DNA of 64,000 bases from positions 896,001-960,000 of the forward strand of contig CAWKHF010000005.1 of the NCBI GenBank assembly GCA_963849325.1. The letters are read 5' to 3'. The number at the start of each line of letters is the position of its first letter. Positions within the stretch are counted from its first letter, which is position 1. A program made the translations under genes and the position numbers. This DNA is from an uncultured Planctomycetota bacterium (GTDB lineage: Bacteria; Planctomycetota; Planctomycetia; Gemmatales; Gemmataceae). The notes beneath the pieces were generated by a model. The model was given only the letters and a program-made list of their open reading frames with translations. It was not told the DNA's origin and ran no database searches. Below are positions 42,414-53,989 of this stretch, one piece after another.

Positions 42414-43634
42414 TCAACTCCACGCCGGACGTTCACGGACGGGATCCAGCGTCCACACCTGACGGCAGCGCGGCCCGTGACGTTGGAACACCAGTTCGCC
42501 ATCGGCCGCGCCGTCTTCCGCGCACGTCGTCTCCAGCGGTACGGCACGCAAGCGGAACTCAGTCGGCCAGGGACCGCCGGCATCGAGGAAGGCGTGCCAT
42601 AGCCGATGGCCGAGATCGCGTCCGGCCGGGCCGGTCACGCGCCATTCGCGCAGACCCAGCCAGCAGGCGTGACCGTGGACGAGGTCGCCCAGCCCGTACA
42701 GCGTTCGGCCGTCCGACAGCGACTGATAGCCGACCGCGTAGCCGTGCAGCCAGCCGAAAAAGGCCAGCGACGGCAGCAATCCCGGCCCGGAGCAGGGCGC
42801 CTTGCGCTCGGCCCAGTCGGCCCACGGAGCCGTCATCGACGGCAGCGGCTCGGGAGCGGGCAGCAGGCCGGCGGGGACCGGCACATTGTCGCGGCCTTCA
42901 TCCTCCTCGGCCCGCAGCGGCATGAAGTAGGCCGGCCGGGTCAGCCGGCCCTCGAAGACGCCATCGCGGCAGCTGCCGCGCACCAGGAACGCCAGGCCGG
43001 GCGCCAGATCCAACGGCACCAGCAGCAGGCCATCGACCGCCAACTGTTCCAGCCACGCCGGTTCCAGGTCCAGCGACGCCGCCGTCACCAGGATGCGATC
43101 GAACGGCGCCTCCGCTGGCCAACCGAGCCGGCCATCGCCGTGGTACAATTCCACCGGACGATCCGGGAACGTCCGCAAATGGGACTCCGCCTCGGCCAGC
43201 ACGCGGCGATCGACCTCCAGCGACACGACCCGGCCGACCACGCGCGCCAGCAGGGCGGCGTTGTAGCCGGTGCCGGCGCCGATCTCCAGCGTCCGCAACC
43301 CCGGAGACAGACGCAGGTCTTCGAGCATCTCGGCCATGAGCGACGGCTGACTGGAGGAGCTGATCGGCACCGGGACGAAGCCCGGTCCCGGCTCGCTCAA
43401 CCGCGTGGTCAGGGCGCGGTCGGCATAGAGCAGACGCAGTTCGTGCCGGCCGGGCGACTGCGTACGCACTTCGCGCCAGCCGGGCGGCTGGCGCTGGTAG
43501 TGGTAGACGCGATCGAGGAAGCGATGCCGCGGCGTCGCGCGGAACGCCTCGATCAACGGCCGCGACCACAAGGCGCCGCGAGCGATCAACTGATCGACCA
43601 GGTGCTGGTTGGCTGCGTCGGCGGCCGTGCTCAT
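42414..43634 (-). CDS. Protein-L-isoaspartate O-methyltransferase-like protein with C-terminal extension
   Basis: [43 protein letters not shown]...APFDRI. Confidence 0.88.
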   Translation of the reverse strand: MSTAADAANQHLVDQLIARGALWSRPLIEAFRATPRHRFLDRVYHYQRQPPGWREVRTQSPGRHELRLLYADRALTTRLSEPGPGFVPVPISSSSQPSLMAEMLEDLRLSPGLRTLEIGAGTGYNAALLARVVGRVVSLEVDRRVLAEAESHLRTFPDRPVELYHGDGRLGWPAEAPFDRILVTAASLDLEPAWLEQLAVDGLLLVPLDLAPGLAFLVRGSCRDGVFEGRLTRPAYFMPLRAEEDEGRDNVPVPAGLLPAPEPLPSMTAPWADWAERKAPCSGPGLLPSLAFFGWLHGYAVGYQSLSDGRTLYGLGDLVHGHACWLGLREWRVTGPAGRDLGHRLWHAFLDAGGPWPTEFRLRAVPLETTCAEDGAADGELVFQRHGPRCRQVWTLDPVRERPAWS

Positions 43635-43991
43635 GTTGACTTCCTCGCATCGTCCCCCGGACCAACGCGGCGAGTGCGAAAGCAACGGTTTCGCGGGACG
43701 CGCGGGCCGGCGCGGACGCCTTCGGAGGTTTGGCCGGGAAATGTCCTTGACGTCAAGGAGACGAGCCTATACATGATGGATGATAGGATTGAACCCACTG
43801 CGGCACAAGGAGTTTCTCGGCATCGGGACGCCGTACTCCGGAATACGGAACTCCAGGCAGGGGAAACCGAAGCGCCCTCATCATCGATCCGATTAACCCG
43901 TACCCTCATCCGCGGCAGACCGCGTGCATTCTCACCGTTGGCGTCTCTGTACGGATCGTCCACTCCTCTCCAACCTCGGGGGACCCCATCG

Positions 43992-45928
43992 ATGCCGAAA
44001 GGCGCTGAGCCGGAATTGATGGACAAATGGAAGATCGCAGGACGCCGTCGAGACCTACGGCGTCCGCAACTGGGGCAAGGGCTACTTCGGCATCAACAAG
44101 GCCGGCCACGTCACCGTCCAGCCGAACAAACGCCCCGACGAGTCGATCGACCTCAAGGAGCTGGTCGATCAGCTCCAGGCACGCGGCATCCAGCTGCCGA
44201 TCCTGCTCCGCTTCACCGACATCCTCCGCCACCGCGTCGGCGAGATCCACGACGCCTTCCAGCAGCGCCATCGACGAGTACGAGCTACCAGGGCAGCTAC
44301 TGCTGCGTCTACCCCATCAAGGTCAACCAGCAGCGGCACGTCGTCGAGGAGATCCTCGACTTCGGCAAGCCCTACCACTTCGGCCTGGAGGCCGGCTCCA
44401 AGCCCGAACTGCTGGCCGTGCTGGCCCTGACCAACGGCCTGGACACGCCGATCATCTGCAACGGCTTCAAGGACGACGAGTTCATCAAGCATGACCATGC
44501 TCGCCCGCAAGATCGGCAAGAACATCATCCCGGTCGTCGAGAAGTTCACCGAGCTGGAAGCTGATCGTCCGTCACGCCGAGGAGCTGCAACGTCCGGCCG
44601 GCCATCGGCGTGCGCGTCAAGCTGGCCGCCGCGCGGCGCCGGCCGCTGGCAGTCCAGCGCCGGCTACCGCTCCAAGTTCGGCCTGACCCTGACCGAGGTG
44701 CTCGAGGCCGTCGAGTACCTCAAGCAGCGCGACATGGCCGACTGCCTGCAACTGGTCCACTTCCACCTCGGCAGCCAGATCACCAACATCCGCAGCATCA
44801 AGAACGCCCTGACCGAGGCGGCGCGCGTCTACGTCGAGCTGCACCGCGTCGGCGCCGGCGTCAAGTACATCGACGTCGGCGGCGGCCTCGGCATCGACTA
44901 CGACGGCTCGCAGACCGACTTCGAGTCGTCGGTCAACTACACGCTGCAGGAGTACGCCAACGACGTCGTCTTCCGCGTCAAGAGCGTCTGCGACGAGGCC
45001 GGCGTGCCGCACCCGACGATCATCTCCGAGTCGGGCCGGGCCGTGGTCGCCTACCACAGCGTGCTGGTCTTCGACGTGCTGGGCGTGTCGCAACTTCGAC
45101 CGCTTCGAGGCGCCGCCGGAGGTGCCCGCCGACGCGCCGCAGCAGATCGCCGACCTGTTCGCCATCCACCGCGACCTGAAGAAGAAGAACCTGCTGGAGA
45201 GCTACCACGACGCCGTGCAGGCGGTGGACGAGGCGCTCAACCTGTTCAACCTCGGCTACTGCACGCTCGAGCATGCGCGCCCTGGCCGAGCGGCTGTTCT
45301 GGGCGATGTGCGGCAAGCTGCTGAAGATCGTCCGCGAGATGGACTACGTCCCGGAGGAGTTGCAGGGCCTGGAGGCGATGCTGTCGGACACCTACTTCTG
45401 CAACTTCTCGATCTTCCAGTCGATGCCCGACAGCTGGGCGATCAAGCAGCTCTTCCCGATCATGCCGATCCACCGGCTCAACGAGGCGCCGACGCCGCCG
45501 GGCCGTGCTGGGCGACATCACCTGCGACTCGGACGGCAAGATCGACCAGTTCATCGACCTGCGCGACGTGCGCAACACGCTGGAGCTGCACCCGTTCAAC
45601 GGCGAGCCGTACTACCTCGGCGCGTTCCTGCTCGGGGCGTACCAGGAAATCCTCGGCGACCTGCACAACCTGTTCGGCGACACCAACGCCGTCCACGTCA
45701 GCCTCGACGAGGACGGCGAGATCGACCTCGACGACGGTCATCAAGGGCGACACGGTGCGCGAGGTGCTGGCCTACGTGCAGTACTCCGCCGACGAGCTGA
45801 CGGCGCAGTCTGCGCAAGGACGTGGAGCGGGCCGTGCGACGGGGCAAGATCTCGCTGACGGAATCGCGGCAGCTGCTGCGCTTCTACGAGTCGGGCTGGA
45901 AGGGTATACTTACCTGGAAGAACCGTAA
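43992..45928 (+). CDS. speA: Biosynthetic arginine decarboxylase (many indels)
   Basis: [85 protein letters not shown]. Confidence 0.95.
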
Positions 45929-45975
45929 CAGCGAACCAACCGACGAGGGCGAGTCATGGCGATCGGAGGTCGGCC

Positions 45976-46621
45976 ATGCCTGTGAAAGTGCGTGATATCC
46001 ACGCCCAAAGCCTGGAGACTTCCACGGCCCTGTCGGCATACTACATAACCAATTTCATTCCGCCGCTGGAAGTGTTTCGCGTCCTCAACGCGGCACAAAT
46101 GCGTTTCATGCTCCTGGGAACCCACGCCCTGGGCGGTTGGATGCGCGAGCCACGCACCACCACGGACGTTGATATCCTCGTTGGAAATCGCGGCCACAAG
46201 AAGGCCGTGCGGCGTTTTGCTGGCGGCGTTTCCGCAGTTACAAGCGGAAGAAGAGGAGGACGTGACTCGTCTCCGGGATGGGGAGACGGGGCAAGTTCTC
46301 ATCGACGTGATGAAGACGAATCAACCGCTCTACCGGGCCGCCTTCCGGCACCGTCATGGCGTGAAATGGGAGGGACAGGTCTATTCAATTCCTTCGTTGG
46401 AATTGGCCCTGGTGATGAAGTTCACGGCCATGGTCAGCGTCACTCGCGACTATGCGGACAAATACATTGACGCCCACGACTTCCTTTGCATGGCCCAATC
46501 CAACGCCGACATGGATTCGAGAAAACTGCACGCCCTCGGCCAGCTGGTCTACAACGGCGGAGGCGATGAGATCGTGGAAAAAGTTCGCAAGGTGCGGGCC
46601 GGCGAGAAGTTGACCCTGTAG
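45976..46621 (+). CDS. Stand-alone nucleotidyltransferase (MNT/AbiEii-like; frameshift near 46215)
   Basis: LLGTHAL.....[11 protein letters not shown]; ...IDV..., LALVMKF, R...K..D..D. Confidence 0.7.
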
Positions 46622-46632
46622 AATGCGCAACC

Positions 46633-47541
46633 ATGATCGATCTCTCCGTCCGCCTGGGCCGTCTGCACCTGAAGAACCCGATCCTCGTCGCCTCGGGCAC
46701 GTTCGGCTACGCGCGGGAGATGGCCGGCGTCGTGGACTTCGCCCGCCTGGGCGGCATCATCCCCAAGACGGTCACGCGCCATCCGCGCGCCGGCAACGCG
46801 CCGCCGCGCACCGTCGAGACGCCGTGCGGCATGCTCAACGCCATCGGACTGGATAACGACGGCATCGAGCACTTCCGGCATCATCATCTGCCGTATCTAC
46901 GCGCTTTACCGACCGCTGTTCTCGCCAACATTGCCGGCGAAAACGAGGACGATTTCGTGGACATGGCGGCCCAGCTCGGCGGTGAGGAGGGCTTGGCGGG
47001 AGTCGAACTGAACCTGTCTTGTCCGAACGTGGCCGGCGGCATCGACTTCGCCATCGATCCCGAGGTGACGCGCCGCGTCGTTGCGCGCGTGCGGGCCGTC
47101 TGTCCGCTGCCGATCGTGGCCAAGCTGACGCCGAACGTGACGAACCTCGTGCCGATTGCTCGCGCCGCCGCCGAGGCGGGCGCCGACGCTCTGTCGCTGA
47201 CCAACACGTTCGTCGGCATGGTCATCGACTGGCGGCGGCGTCGGCCGGTCCTCGGCAACGTCACCGGCGGTCTGAGTGGGCCGGCCATCAAGCCGTTGGT
47301 GCTGCGGCTGGTGTGGCAGGTGGCGAGGCAAGTGGGGGTGCCGATCCTCGGTGTCGGCGGCATCGCCACAATTGACGATGTGATGGAATTCCTCGTCGCC
47401 GGGGCCAGCGCCGTGCAGCTAGGCACCGTGAATTTCTACGATCCGACGGCGTCTATGCGTATGGCCGGACAATTGCCGGAAGCGCTGGCCCAACTCGGCG
47501 CCGGTAGCGTTCGTGAAGTGATCGGCACGCTGCGCGCCTGA
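46633..47541 (+). CDS. pyrD: Dihydroorotate dehydrogenase family 1
   Basis: [47 protein letters not shown]. Confidence 0.96.
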   Translation: MIDLSVRLGRLHLKNPILVASGTFGYAREMAGVVDFARLGGIIPKTVTRHPRAGNAPPRTVETPCGMLNAIGLDNDGIEHFRHHHLPYLRALPTAVLANIAGENEDDFVDMAAQLGGEEGLAGVELNLSCPNVAGGIDFAIDPEVTRRVVARVRAVCPLPIVAKLTPNVTNLVPIARAAAEAGADALSLTNTFVGMVIDWRRRRPVLGNVTGGLSGPAIKPLVLRLVWQVARQVGVPILGVGGIATIDDVMEFLVAGASAVQLGTVNFYDPTASMRMAGQLPEALAQLGAGSVREVIGTLRA

Positions 47542-47666
47542 AGGGGTCGAGCGACGGTTCCGGCCGCCTTCCCGCCGGATGGATGTTTTTTCGGAGACAA
47601 CCGCCTTTAGTAGCGGATATACTCGCGGTAGAATGACGAACCTCGCCCGCACCGGAGCCTCGATCC

Positions 47667-48554
47667 ATGCGATTGACACCGATTGGTTTGACGTTGCTTG
47701 GTCTGGTCTGCCTGGCGGAGATGGGCCGCGCGGCGGACAACGCACGGATCCTCGATGTCTGGCCCGGCAAGCCGCCCGGCGAGACGGCAGAAGTCGGTGA
47801 GGAGAAAATCACCGGCGCCAAGGGCGGACGAAGTCTCACCAACGTCAGCAAACCGACGATTACCGTCTATCGGCCGGCCAAGGAGAAGGATACCGGCGTG
47901 GCGATCGTCATCGCTCCCGGCGGCGGCTATCGCGTGCTGGCCTGGGACCACGAGGGCGAGGACGTGGCGGCCTGGCTAAACTCGATCGGCGTGACCGGCG
48001 TTCTGCTCAAGTACCGCGTGCCGCGCCGGAGCGATCATCCCAAGGGTCCGCTGGCGGACGCGCAGCGTGCGCTGAGCCTGGTGCGCGGCAAGGCCAGGGA
48101 GTGGAAAATCGATCCGAAAAAGATCGGCATGCTGGGTTTCTCCGCCGGCGGCCATCTGACTGCCCTGGCCGCCACGAATTTCGACAAACGAGCTTACGAG
48201 CCGGTCGATGAGGCGGACAAGGAGAGCTGCCGGCCGGACTTCGCCGTCATCGTCTATCCCGGCGGCGTCGTCAAGCGCGACAGTGCCGAGATGGACCCAG
48301 CCATCCGCGTGTCGAAGGAGACGCCGCCGGCGTTTCTCACGCAGGCCAGCGACGACCGTGTTGGCGTCGAGAATAGCGTGATGCTGTATCTGGCGCTGAA
48401 GAAAGCCGGCGTTCCCGCCGAGATGCACCTTTACGCCGCTGGCGGCCACGGCTACGGTCTGCGTCCCAATAAACGTCCGGCGTCGGAGTGGACCAAGCGA
48501 TGCGAAGAATGGCTGCGGGCGCGGGACGTTCTGCCGGCGAACGCGGCGCGTTGA
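47667..48554 (+). CDS. Exported alpha/beta hydrolase (esterase-like)
   Basis: PGGGY, LKYRVP, GFSAGGHL, GGHGYG. Confidence 0.92.
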   Translation: MRLTPIGLTLLGLVCLAEMGRAADNARILDVWPGKPPGETAEVGEEKITGAKGGRSLTNVSKPTITVYRPAKEKDTGVAIVIAPGGGYRVLAWDHEGEDVAAWLNSIGVTGVLLKYRVPRRSDHPKGPLADAQRALSLVRGKAREWKIDPKKIGMLGFSAGGHLTALAATNFDKRAYEPVDEADKESCRPDFAVIVYPGGVVKRDSAEMDPAIRVSKETPPAFLTQASDDRVGVENSVMLYLALKKAGVPAEMHLYAAGGHGYGLRPNKRPASEWTKRCEEWLRARDVLPANAAR

Positions 48555-48564
48555 GAGCAACTAA

Positions 48565-48708
48565 CCAAAAGAGCCTCACGCAAAGGCGCAAAGAACGCAA
48601 AGGAAAGACAAAAAGAAGAAAAGAAGAAAAAGGCCAGTCTTTCCTTGTTGTTCGTCTGCATTTTCTTTTTCTTTGCGTTCTTTGCGCCTTTGCGTGAAGC
48701 TCTTTTGG
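48565..48708. repeat. Palindromic repeat, copy 2 (tcacgcaaaggcgcaaag arms)
   Basis: Same arms as 2464-2567 with a different spacer. Confidence 0.85.
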
Positions 48709-48755
48709 AGAGAGCTACTGAGGAAAAATCGGTACTCCCGAGGATGAAGATACGG

Positions 48756-51057
48756 ATGAGGAAGTTGCGCTATCTGCTGCTTGGCGCCTTTGCCCTGACG
48801 GTCTCTGCCGCCCTTCGAGGGGCCGTTTCGGCGCCCGCGACGGAGCAGTCCCCGGCCAGCTTTAGGCGCGACGTCGTTCCCTTCCTGAAGCAGCATTGTT
48901 ATCGCTGCCACGGCAACGGCAAGGACCGCGGCGATCTCGCCCTCGATAAATACACCGACGACGAGAGCATCCTGAAGGACCGCAAGGTGTGGGAAAACGT
49001 CCTGCACGTGGTCCGCACCGGCGAGATGCCGCCGAAAAAACGACCACGGCCGTCCGCCGCGGAAATCGAGACCGTCTTGCGGGCCATCGATGGCGTGTTC
49101 GCTTCGGCGGATTGCGCGCAGACGCGCAACCCCGGCCGCGTCACCCTGCGCCGCCTCAACAAGACCGAGTACAACAACACCATCCGCGACCTGGTCGGCA
49201 TCGACTTCCAACCCGCCGCCGATTTCCCCGCCGACGATGTCGGCTACGGCTTCGACAACATCGGCGACGTGCTGTCGCTGTCGCCGCTGCTGCTGGAGCG
49301 CTATCTCCTCGCCGCCGACGCCATCCTCGACCGCGCGCTGGTCGTCGTCGATCCGCCGAAGCCGGCCAAGACTCGCCTGGGAAGTTTGCGCGTCTTCCCT
49401 CCGGATGCCGGCGAGATCCGCCGTCGCGGCGGCGCGGTGCTGCGCTCCAGTGGCCGGGTCGGCGGGCAGAGCTTCTTCGAGGAGGGCGAGTACACCATCC
49501 GCATCGAAGCGTATGGCGAACAGGCCGGCGACGAGCCGGTGCGCGGCGGCGCTGCGAATCAACCGCGACGACATCCAGGAATTCACGGTCAAGGCCGAGG
49601 CGGCGAAACCGGAGACGTTCGAGTTCAAGGTCCGCCTGCCGACGAAGACGGCCCGCATTTCCGTCGCCTTCGTCAATCCTTCCGGCGAGAAGGACAAGCC
49701 GAAACGACAGCTCGTTCTCCGCGGCATCGTGCTGGATGGGCCGTACAACGCGCCGCCGCCCCAACTGCCGGAAAGTCATCGACGCATCATGGCCCACGAT
49801 AAGGGACAGTCGCCGCGCGCGGCGGCGCGGGAAATCCTCGCCCTCTTTGCCACACGCGCCTTTCGTCGTCCGGCGACGGAAGGCGAGGTCGAGCGCCTCC
49901 TGAAACTGTACGATCAGGCCGAGAAGGAGGGCGAGCGCTTCGAGCATCGCGTTCGCCTGGCCCTGTCCGCCGTGCTGGTTTCGCCGCACTTTCTCTTCCG
50001 CGTCGAGCGCGATCCGCCAAAGGCGAAGCCGGGAACGGCGTATCCCATCGGCGAGTACGAGCTGGCGAGCCGGCTGTCGTACTTCCTGTGGAGCACCATG
50101 CCCGACGAGGAGTTGTTCGCCCTCGCGGCGAAGAACGAGCTGCGCAAAAACCTGGCGGCGCAGCTCCAGCGCATGCTCAAGGACCCGAAGTCGGCCGCGT
50201 TCGTGCGCAATTTCGCCGGCCAATGGCTGACACTCCGCAAGCTCGACACCGTTACGCCCGATGCCAAGACGTTCCCGACTTTCGACGCCGAGCTGCGCGC
50301 CGCCATGCGGATGGAGACGGAGCTGTTCTTCGAGGCGATCCTCAAAGAGGACCGTAGCATCCTCGATTTGCTCGACGCCGATTTCAGTTTCGTCAACGAA
50401 CGGCTGGCGAAGCACTATGGTATCGAAGGCGTTACGGGCAAGGAATTTCGCCGCGTGAAGTTGCCGGCCCATCGCGGCGGTATTCTGACGCAGGCCAGCA
50501 TCCTGACGCTGACCTCGAACCCAACGCGCACCTCGCCGGTCAAGCGCGGCAAATGGGTGCTCGATCAGATTTTCAACACGCCGCCGCCGCCGCCGCCTCC
50601 GGACGTGCCGGAATTGAAGGAAGAGAAACGACTGACCGGCTCGCTGCGTCAGGTCATGGAGATGCACCGCGCCAACGCCCTGTGCGCCTCCTGCCATCAG
50701 AAGATGGACCCGATCGGCTTCGCCTTCGAGAACTACGATGCCATCGGCGCCTGGCGCGACCGCGACGGCCAGGCCGCCATCGATCCGTCCGGGACGCTGC
50801 CGGGCGGTCCCTCCTTCCAGGGACCGGCCGAGCTGAAAACCATCCTCAAGAGCAAAAAAGAGTTGTTCGCCCGCTGCCTGGCGGAGAAAATGTTGACGTA
50901 CGCCCTCGGTCGCGGTTTGGAATACTACGATCGCTGCGCCGTGGATAAAATCCTCGACGCCCTGGGCCACAATGACTATCGATCCTCGACCATCCTGGTC
51001 GAAGTGGTGAAGAGCGAACCGTTCCAGCTGCGGACGGCGACGGGAGGAAAGCGATGA
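48756..51057 (+). CDS. Planctomycete cytochrome c / DUF1592-family protein (frameshift near 49545)
   Basis: CYRCH, MPP, LRRLNKTEYNNTIRDL, RAFRRP, LASRLSYFLW.TMPD, TSPVKRGKW, CASCH, YALGR. Confidence 0.93.
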
Positions 51058-52385
51058 TACTTGGCCGGCGGATTTCGAGACGGACGGTGCTGCGCGGCGT
51101 CGGCACGGCAGTGGCCCTGCCGTTACTGGAGGCGATGTTGCCGTTGTCGCGGGCGGGCGCTGTGGCGCGTCCGCCGCGGCGCATGGCCTGCATCTATGTA
51201 CCCAACGGCGTCGTCCCGTCCGATTGGACGCCCAAGACGGAGGGGGCCGGCTACGAGCTGACGCCGATCCTGCAACCGCTGGCCGCCCTCCGGGACGACG
51301 TGCTGGTCTTGAGCGGCCTGACGTGCGATAAGTCACGGCCCAACGGCGACGGCGCCGGCGATCACGCTCGCGCCTCGGCCGCTTTCCTGACCGGCGCCCA
51401 GGCCCGCAAGACCGCCGGCGCCAATTTTCACGCCGGCATCTCCGCCGATCAGGCCGCCGCCGCCCGCCTCGGCGACCGCACCCGTCTGCCGTCGCTGGAA
51501 ATCGGCATCGAGCGCTTTCGCGGCAGCGGCAACTGCGACAGCGGTTACTCGTGCGTCTACGAACATACGCTCGCCTGGCGCAACGCCACCTCGCCGCTGC
51601 CGACCGAAACCGATCCCAAGCTGGTGTTCGACCGTCTCTTCTCCGACAAGGCCAACGATCCCGAGCGCGGCAAGCGTGGCCGGCTCCGCAGCAGCGTCCT
51701 GGACGCCGTGCTGGCGGACGCGCGCGACCTGGACAAGCAGCTCGGCGGCGCCGACCGGCAGAAGCTGGATCAGTATTTGACCTGCGTGCGCGAGATGGAG
51801 CAGCGCATCGCCCGCGCCGAGAAGCTACCGCCGGCCCCGCCGCCCAAGGGGAGCGCTCGGCCCACGGAACCGGCGGACCTGGGCGAGCACTTTCGCCTGA
51901 TGTGCGATCTGCTGGTGCTGGCGTTTCAGGCCGACGTGACGCGCATCGCCACCTTCATGTTCGCTCGGGAAGGCAGCAATCTTTCGTATCGCATGGTCGG
52001 CGTCTCCGAGGGGCATCACGAATTGACGCACCATCGCGGCGATCCCAAGATGATTGCCAAGGTGCGTGCGATCAACACGTATCACGTCCAGCAATTCGCC
52101 TACCTGCTCGGCAAACTGAAGTCGGTGCCGGAGGGCGACGGCACGCTGTTGGACCATTGCATGATCGCCTACGGCAGCGCCATCGCCGACGGCAACCGGC
52201 ACACGCATCACGATCTGCCGGTGCTGCTCGGCGGCAAGGGCGGCGGCAGCATCAAGTCCGGTCGCCACCTGCGCTCGCCGAGGGAGACGCCGCTGAACAA
52301 CCTGTGGTTGGCAATGCTCGACCGCATGGGCGCGCATACCGCGAAGCTGGGCGATAGCACGGGTCTGCTCGAAGGGTTGTCGTGA
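51054..52385 (+). CDS. DUF1552-family protein
   Basis: ISRRTVLRG.G..VALP.LEAM, YVPNG, CDSGYSC.Y, AFQAD.TR, GTLLDH. Confidence 0.93.
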   Translation: MILGRRISRRTVLRGVGTAVALPLLEAMLPLSRAGAVARPPRRMACIYVPNGVVPSDWTPKTEGAGYELTPILQPLAALRDDVLVLSGLTCDKSRPNGDGAGDHARASAAFLTGAQARKTAGANFHAGISADQAAAARLGDRTRLPSLEIGIERFRGSGNCDSGYSCVYEHTLAWRNATSPLPTETDPKLVFDRLFSDKANDPERGKRGRLRSSVLDAVLADARDLDKQLGGADRQKLDQYLTCVREMEQRIARAEKLPPAPPPKGSARPTEPADLGEHFRLMCDLLVLAFQADVTRIATFMFAREGSNLSYRMVGVSEGHHELTHHRGDPKMIAKVRAINTYHVQQFAYLLGKLKSVPEGDGTLLDHCMIAYGSAIADGNRHTHHDLPVLLGGKGGGSIKSGRHLRSPRETPLNNLWLAMLDRMGAHTAKLGDSTGLLEGLS

Positions 52386-52647
52386 CATGACTCCAATAGG
52401 AGCGAAGCGCACCCGGACGACAACGCAATGCCGAATTGGCCGCCGGGGAGCGCGAATCGTTGCCGATTTTTCGATTTCTCCAGATCTCGAACGAAAACAG
52501 GAGCTTGCGAGAAGCGTCCCTGTTTTTCCCCTGGGTCGGCCGAGTTTGGTCTTCATTCAACTCCCGACCCTTTTTCTCGTTTTTTTCTCGTTCCGGCAGC
52601 CAGGAAGGACAGTGCGCCTCGGAAAGCCAGCATGGCTGCACGGCGTG

Positions 52648-53415
52648 CTAGCCGCCCCGCCGCAGACACTTCGGCTTGTATGACGAATCGCCTGTCGCCA
52701 ACAAATAGCGGAGGCCCTGCTTGAGGTTGGCTCGCGCCCGAAAGTTCAAGTGCCGCGCCCACTCGGGATGCTCCTCACCGCGGAACCAAGCCAAGTGGGC
52801 CAGCGCCCAGCCGAACATCGGCGGAGTCATGTACTCGGGCTTGAGTAGGTCCGTCTCGGGCCATTTGCTGTACTGGCTGTCCCAGTTGCGTGGTGTATTG
52901 GCCAGGAAGATGCCCAAACCGAAGTGGACCACCGTCAGGTCGGTTAGCACCTCATTGTCGAACACCTCTCGCAGGATCCGGCTCTCTCCGAGTAGGCGGA
53001 CGTGGGCCAACTCATGGGCGATCGTGCCAACCAGCCCCATCGCGTCGTCCAGCCCAGACTTGTCGATGCGGAGGATGAACCTCCGCTTGCCCTCTTCGTA
53101 GGTGCCGGCCGCCCCAGGGAGGTAGTGCCCGGCATCGTTGACTAACCAAATCTTGCCAGCGTCGGCCACGAACTTGAGAGCGACGAGGTCAGGCACTACG
53201 TCCATGTACTGGCATACTCGGTCGAGCAGCTTGCGGACGGCCTTCTTGGAACCGTCATAGGGGTCGGGAAAGAACTCGGTAGTCGGGAGAACGACCCGCC
53301 GCCCGGAGAAGGCGTTGTCGTCAAACTCCTCGGCCAGCCACTCCAGCCGCTCCTCGACCCACGCTTTCGCGGCAGGATCACATGGGCACGATGGTCGGAA
53401 CAGCCAGTCGAGCAT
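52648..53415 (-). CDS. Hypothetical protein with HExxH (zinc-peptidase-like)
   Basis: GAAGTY...TIAHELAHVRLLGE...E.LTDL..V.FGLG.F. Confidence 0.8.
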   Translation of the reverse strand: MLDWLFRPSCPCDPAAKAWVEERLEWLAEEFDDNAFSGRRVVLPTTEFFPDPYDGSKKAVRKLLDRVCQYMDVVPDLVALKFVADAGKIWLVNDAGHYLPGAAGTYEEGKRRFILRIDKSGLDDAMGLVGTIAHELAHVRLLGESRILREVFDNEVLTDLTVVHFGLGIFLANTPRNWDSQYSKWPETDLLKPEYMTPPMFGWALAHLAWFRGEEHPEWARHLNFRARANLKQGLRYLLATGDSSYKPKCLRRGG

Positions 53416-53430
53416 CGATTCACTCTCTTC

Positions 53431-53520
53431 GCCGAACGAAGAGCGATCTATCCGCCGTGCCGTCCGGCAGAAACCGTTCCCGTGCCAGCGACCGGCACGG
53501 CGGATAGATCGCTGTTGGAC
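53431..53520 (-). repeat. attC-like inverted repeat
   Basis: Minus strand: GTCCAAC, 21-bp arm, loop, 21-bp arm, CTTC, GTTCGGC, just upstream of 52648-53415. Confidence 0.5.
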
Positions 53521-53632
53521 GGAACCGCGGCACTTGTGTGTTTGTCCCGTCGAAATGGCGTTTTCCTGCAAGTCGCCAAGTTCCATTGCCAAAAGACGTT
53601 TTCTTGCCAAGCCGGTTGAGGGCGATACGCAC

Positions 53633-53989
53633 TCAGGGAAGTTCCAGCGCCACTTTGAGGCAGGCGTTGACCTTCTGCATCAGCCCGGCCGATAGTTTGC
53701 CGATCACCCGGTCGATACGGTCTCCGAACACGGTTGCCAGGAAGAGGCCGCTCACCAGCGCGTTTTGATCCAGCCCGGTCGCCTTCCCCTCGGGTGTCGT
53801 TGTGTCGATGAAAACGAAGGCGGGATCGTTGGCGGGCGCCAAATTCGTCGTGATCTCCGCGACGATAACGTGCCCGACCGTGGAGTTGTAGCCATCCGCT
53901 TGCACTACCAGCGCCGGCCGTTTCTTCCCCCGCAGCCCGCCTGCATGGGGGAAACGTGTCAGGACTACGTCGCCACGAGTTACCTTCAT
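53633..53989 (-). CDS. PemK/MazF-family toxin
   Basis: RGDVV..RFP......KKRPALVVQ.D..N....VIVAEITTN. Confidence 0.93.
   Translation of the reverse strand: MKVTRGDVVLTRFPHAGGLRGKKRPALVVQADGYNSTVGHVIVAEITTNLAPANDPAFVFIDTTTPEGKATGLDQNALVSGLFLATVFGDRIDRVIGKLSAGLMQKVNACLKVALELP

Noticed and set aside
53556-53570. TGGCGTTTTCCTGCA as a sigma54 promoter
   Set aside because: The GG-GC spacing is one base short of the strict requirement
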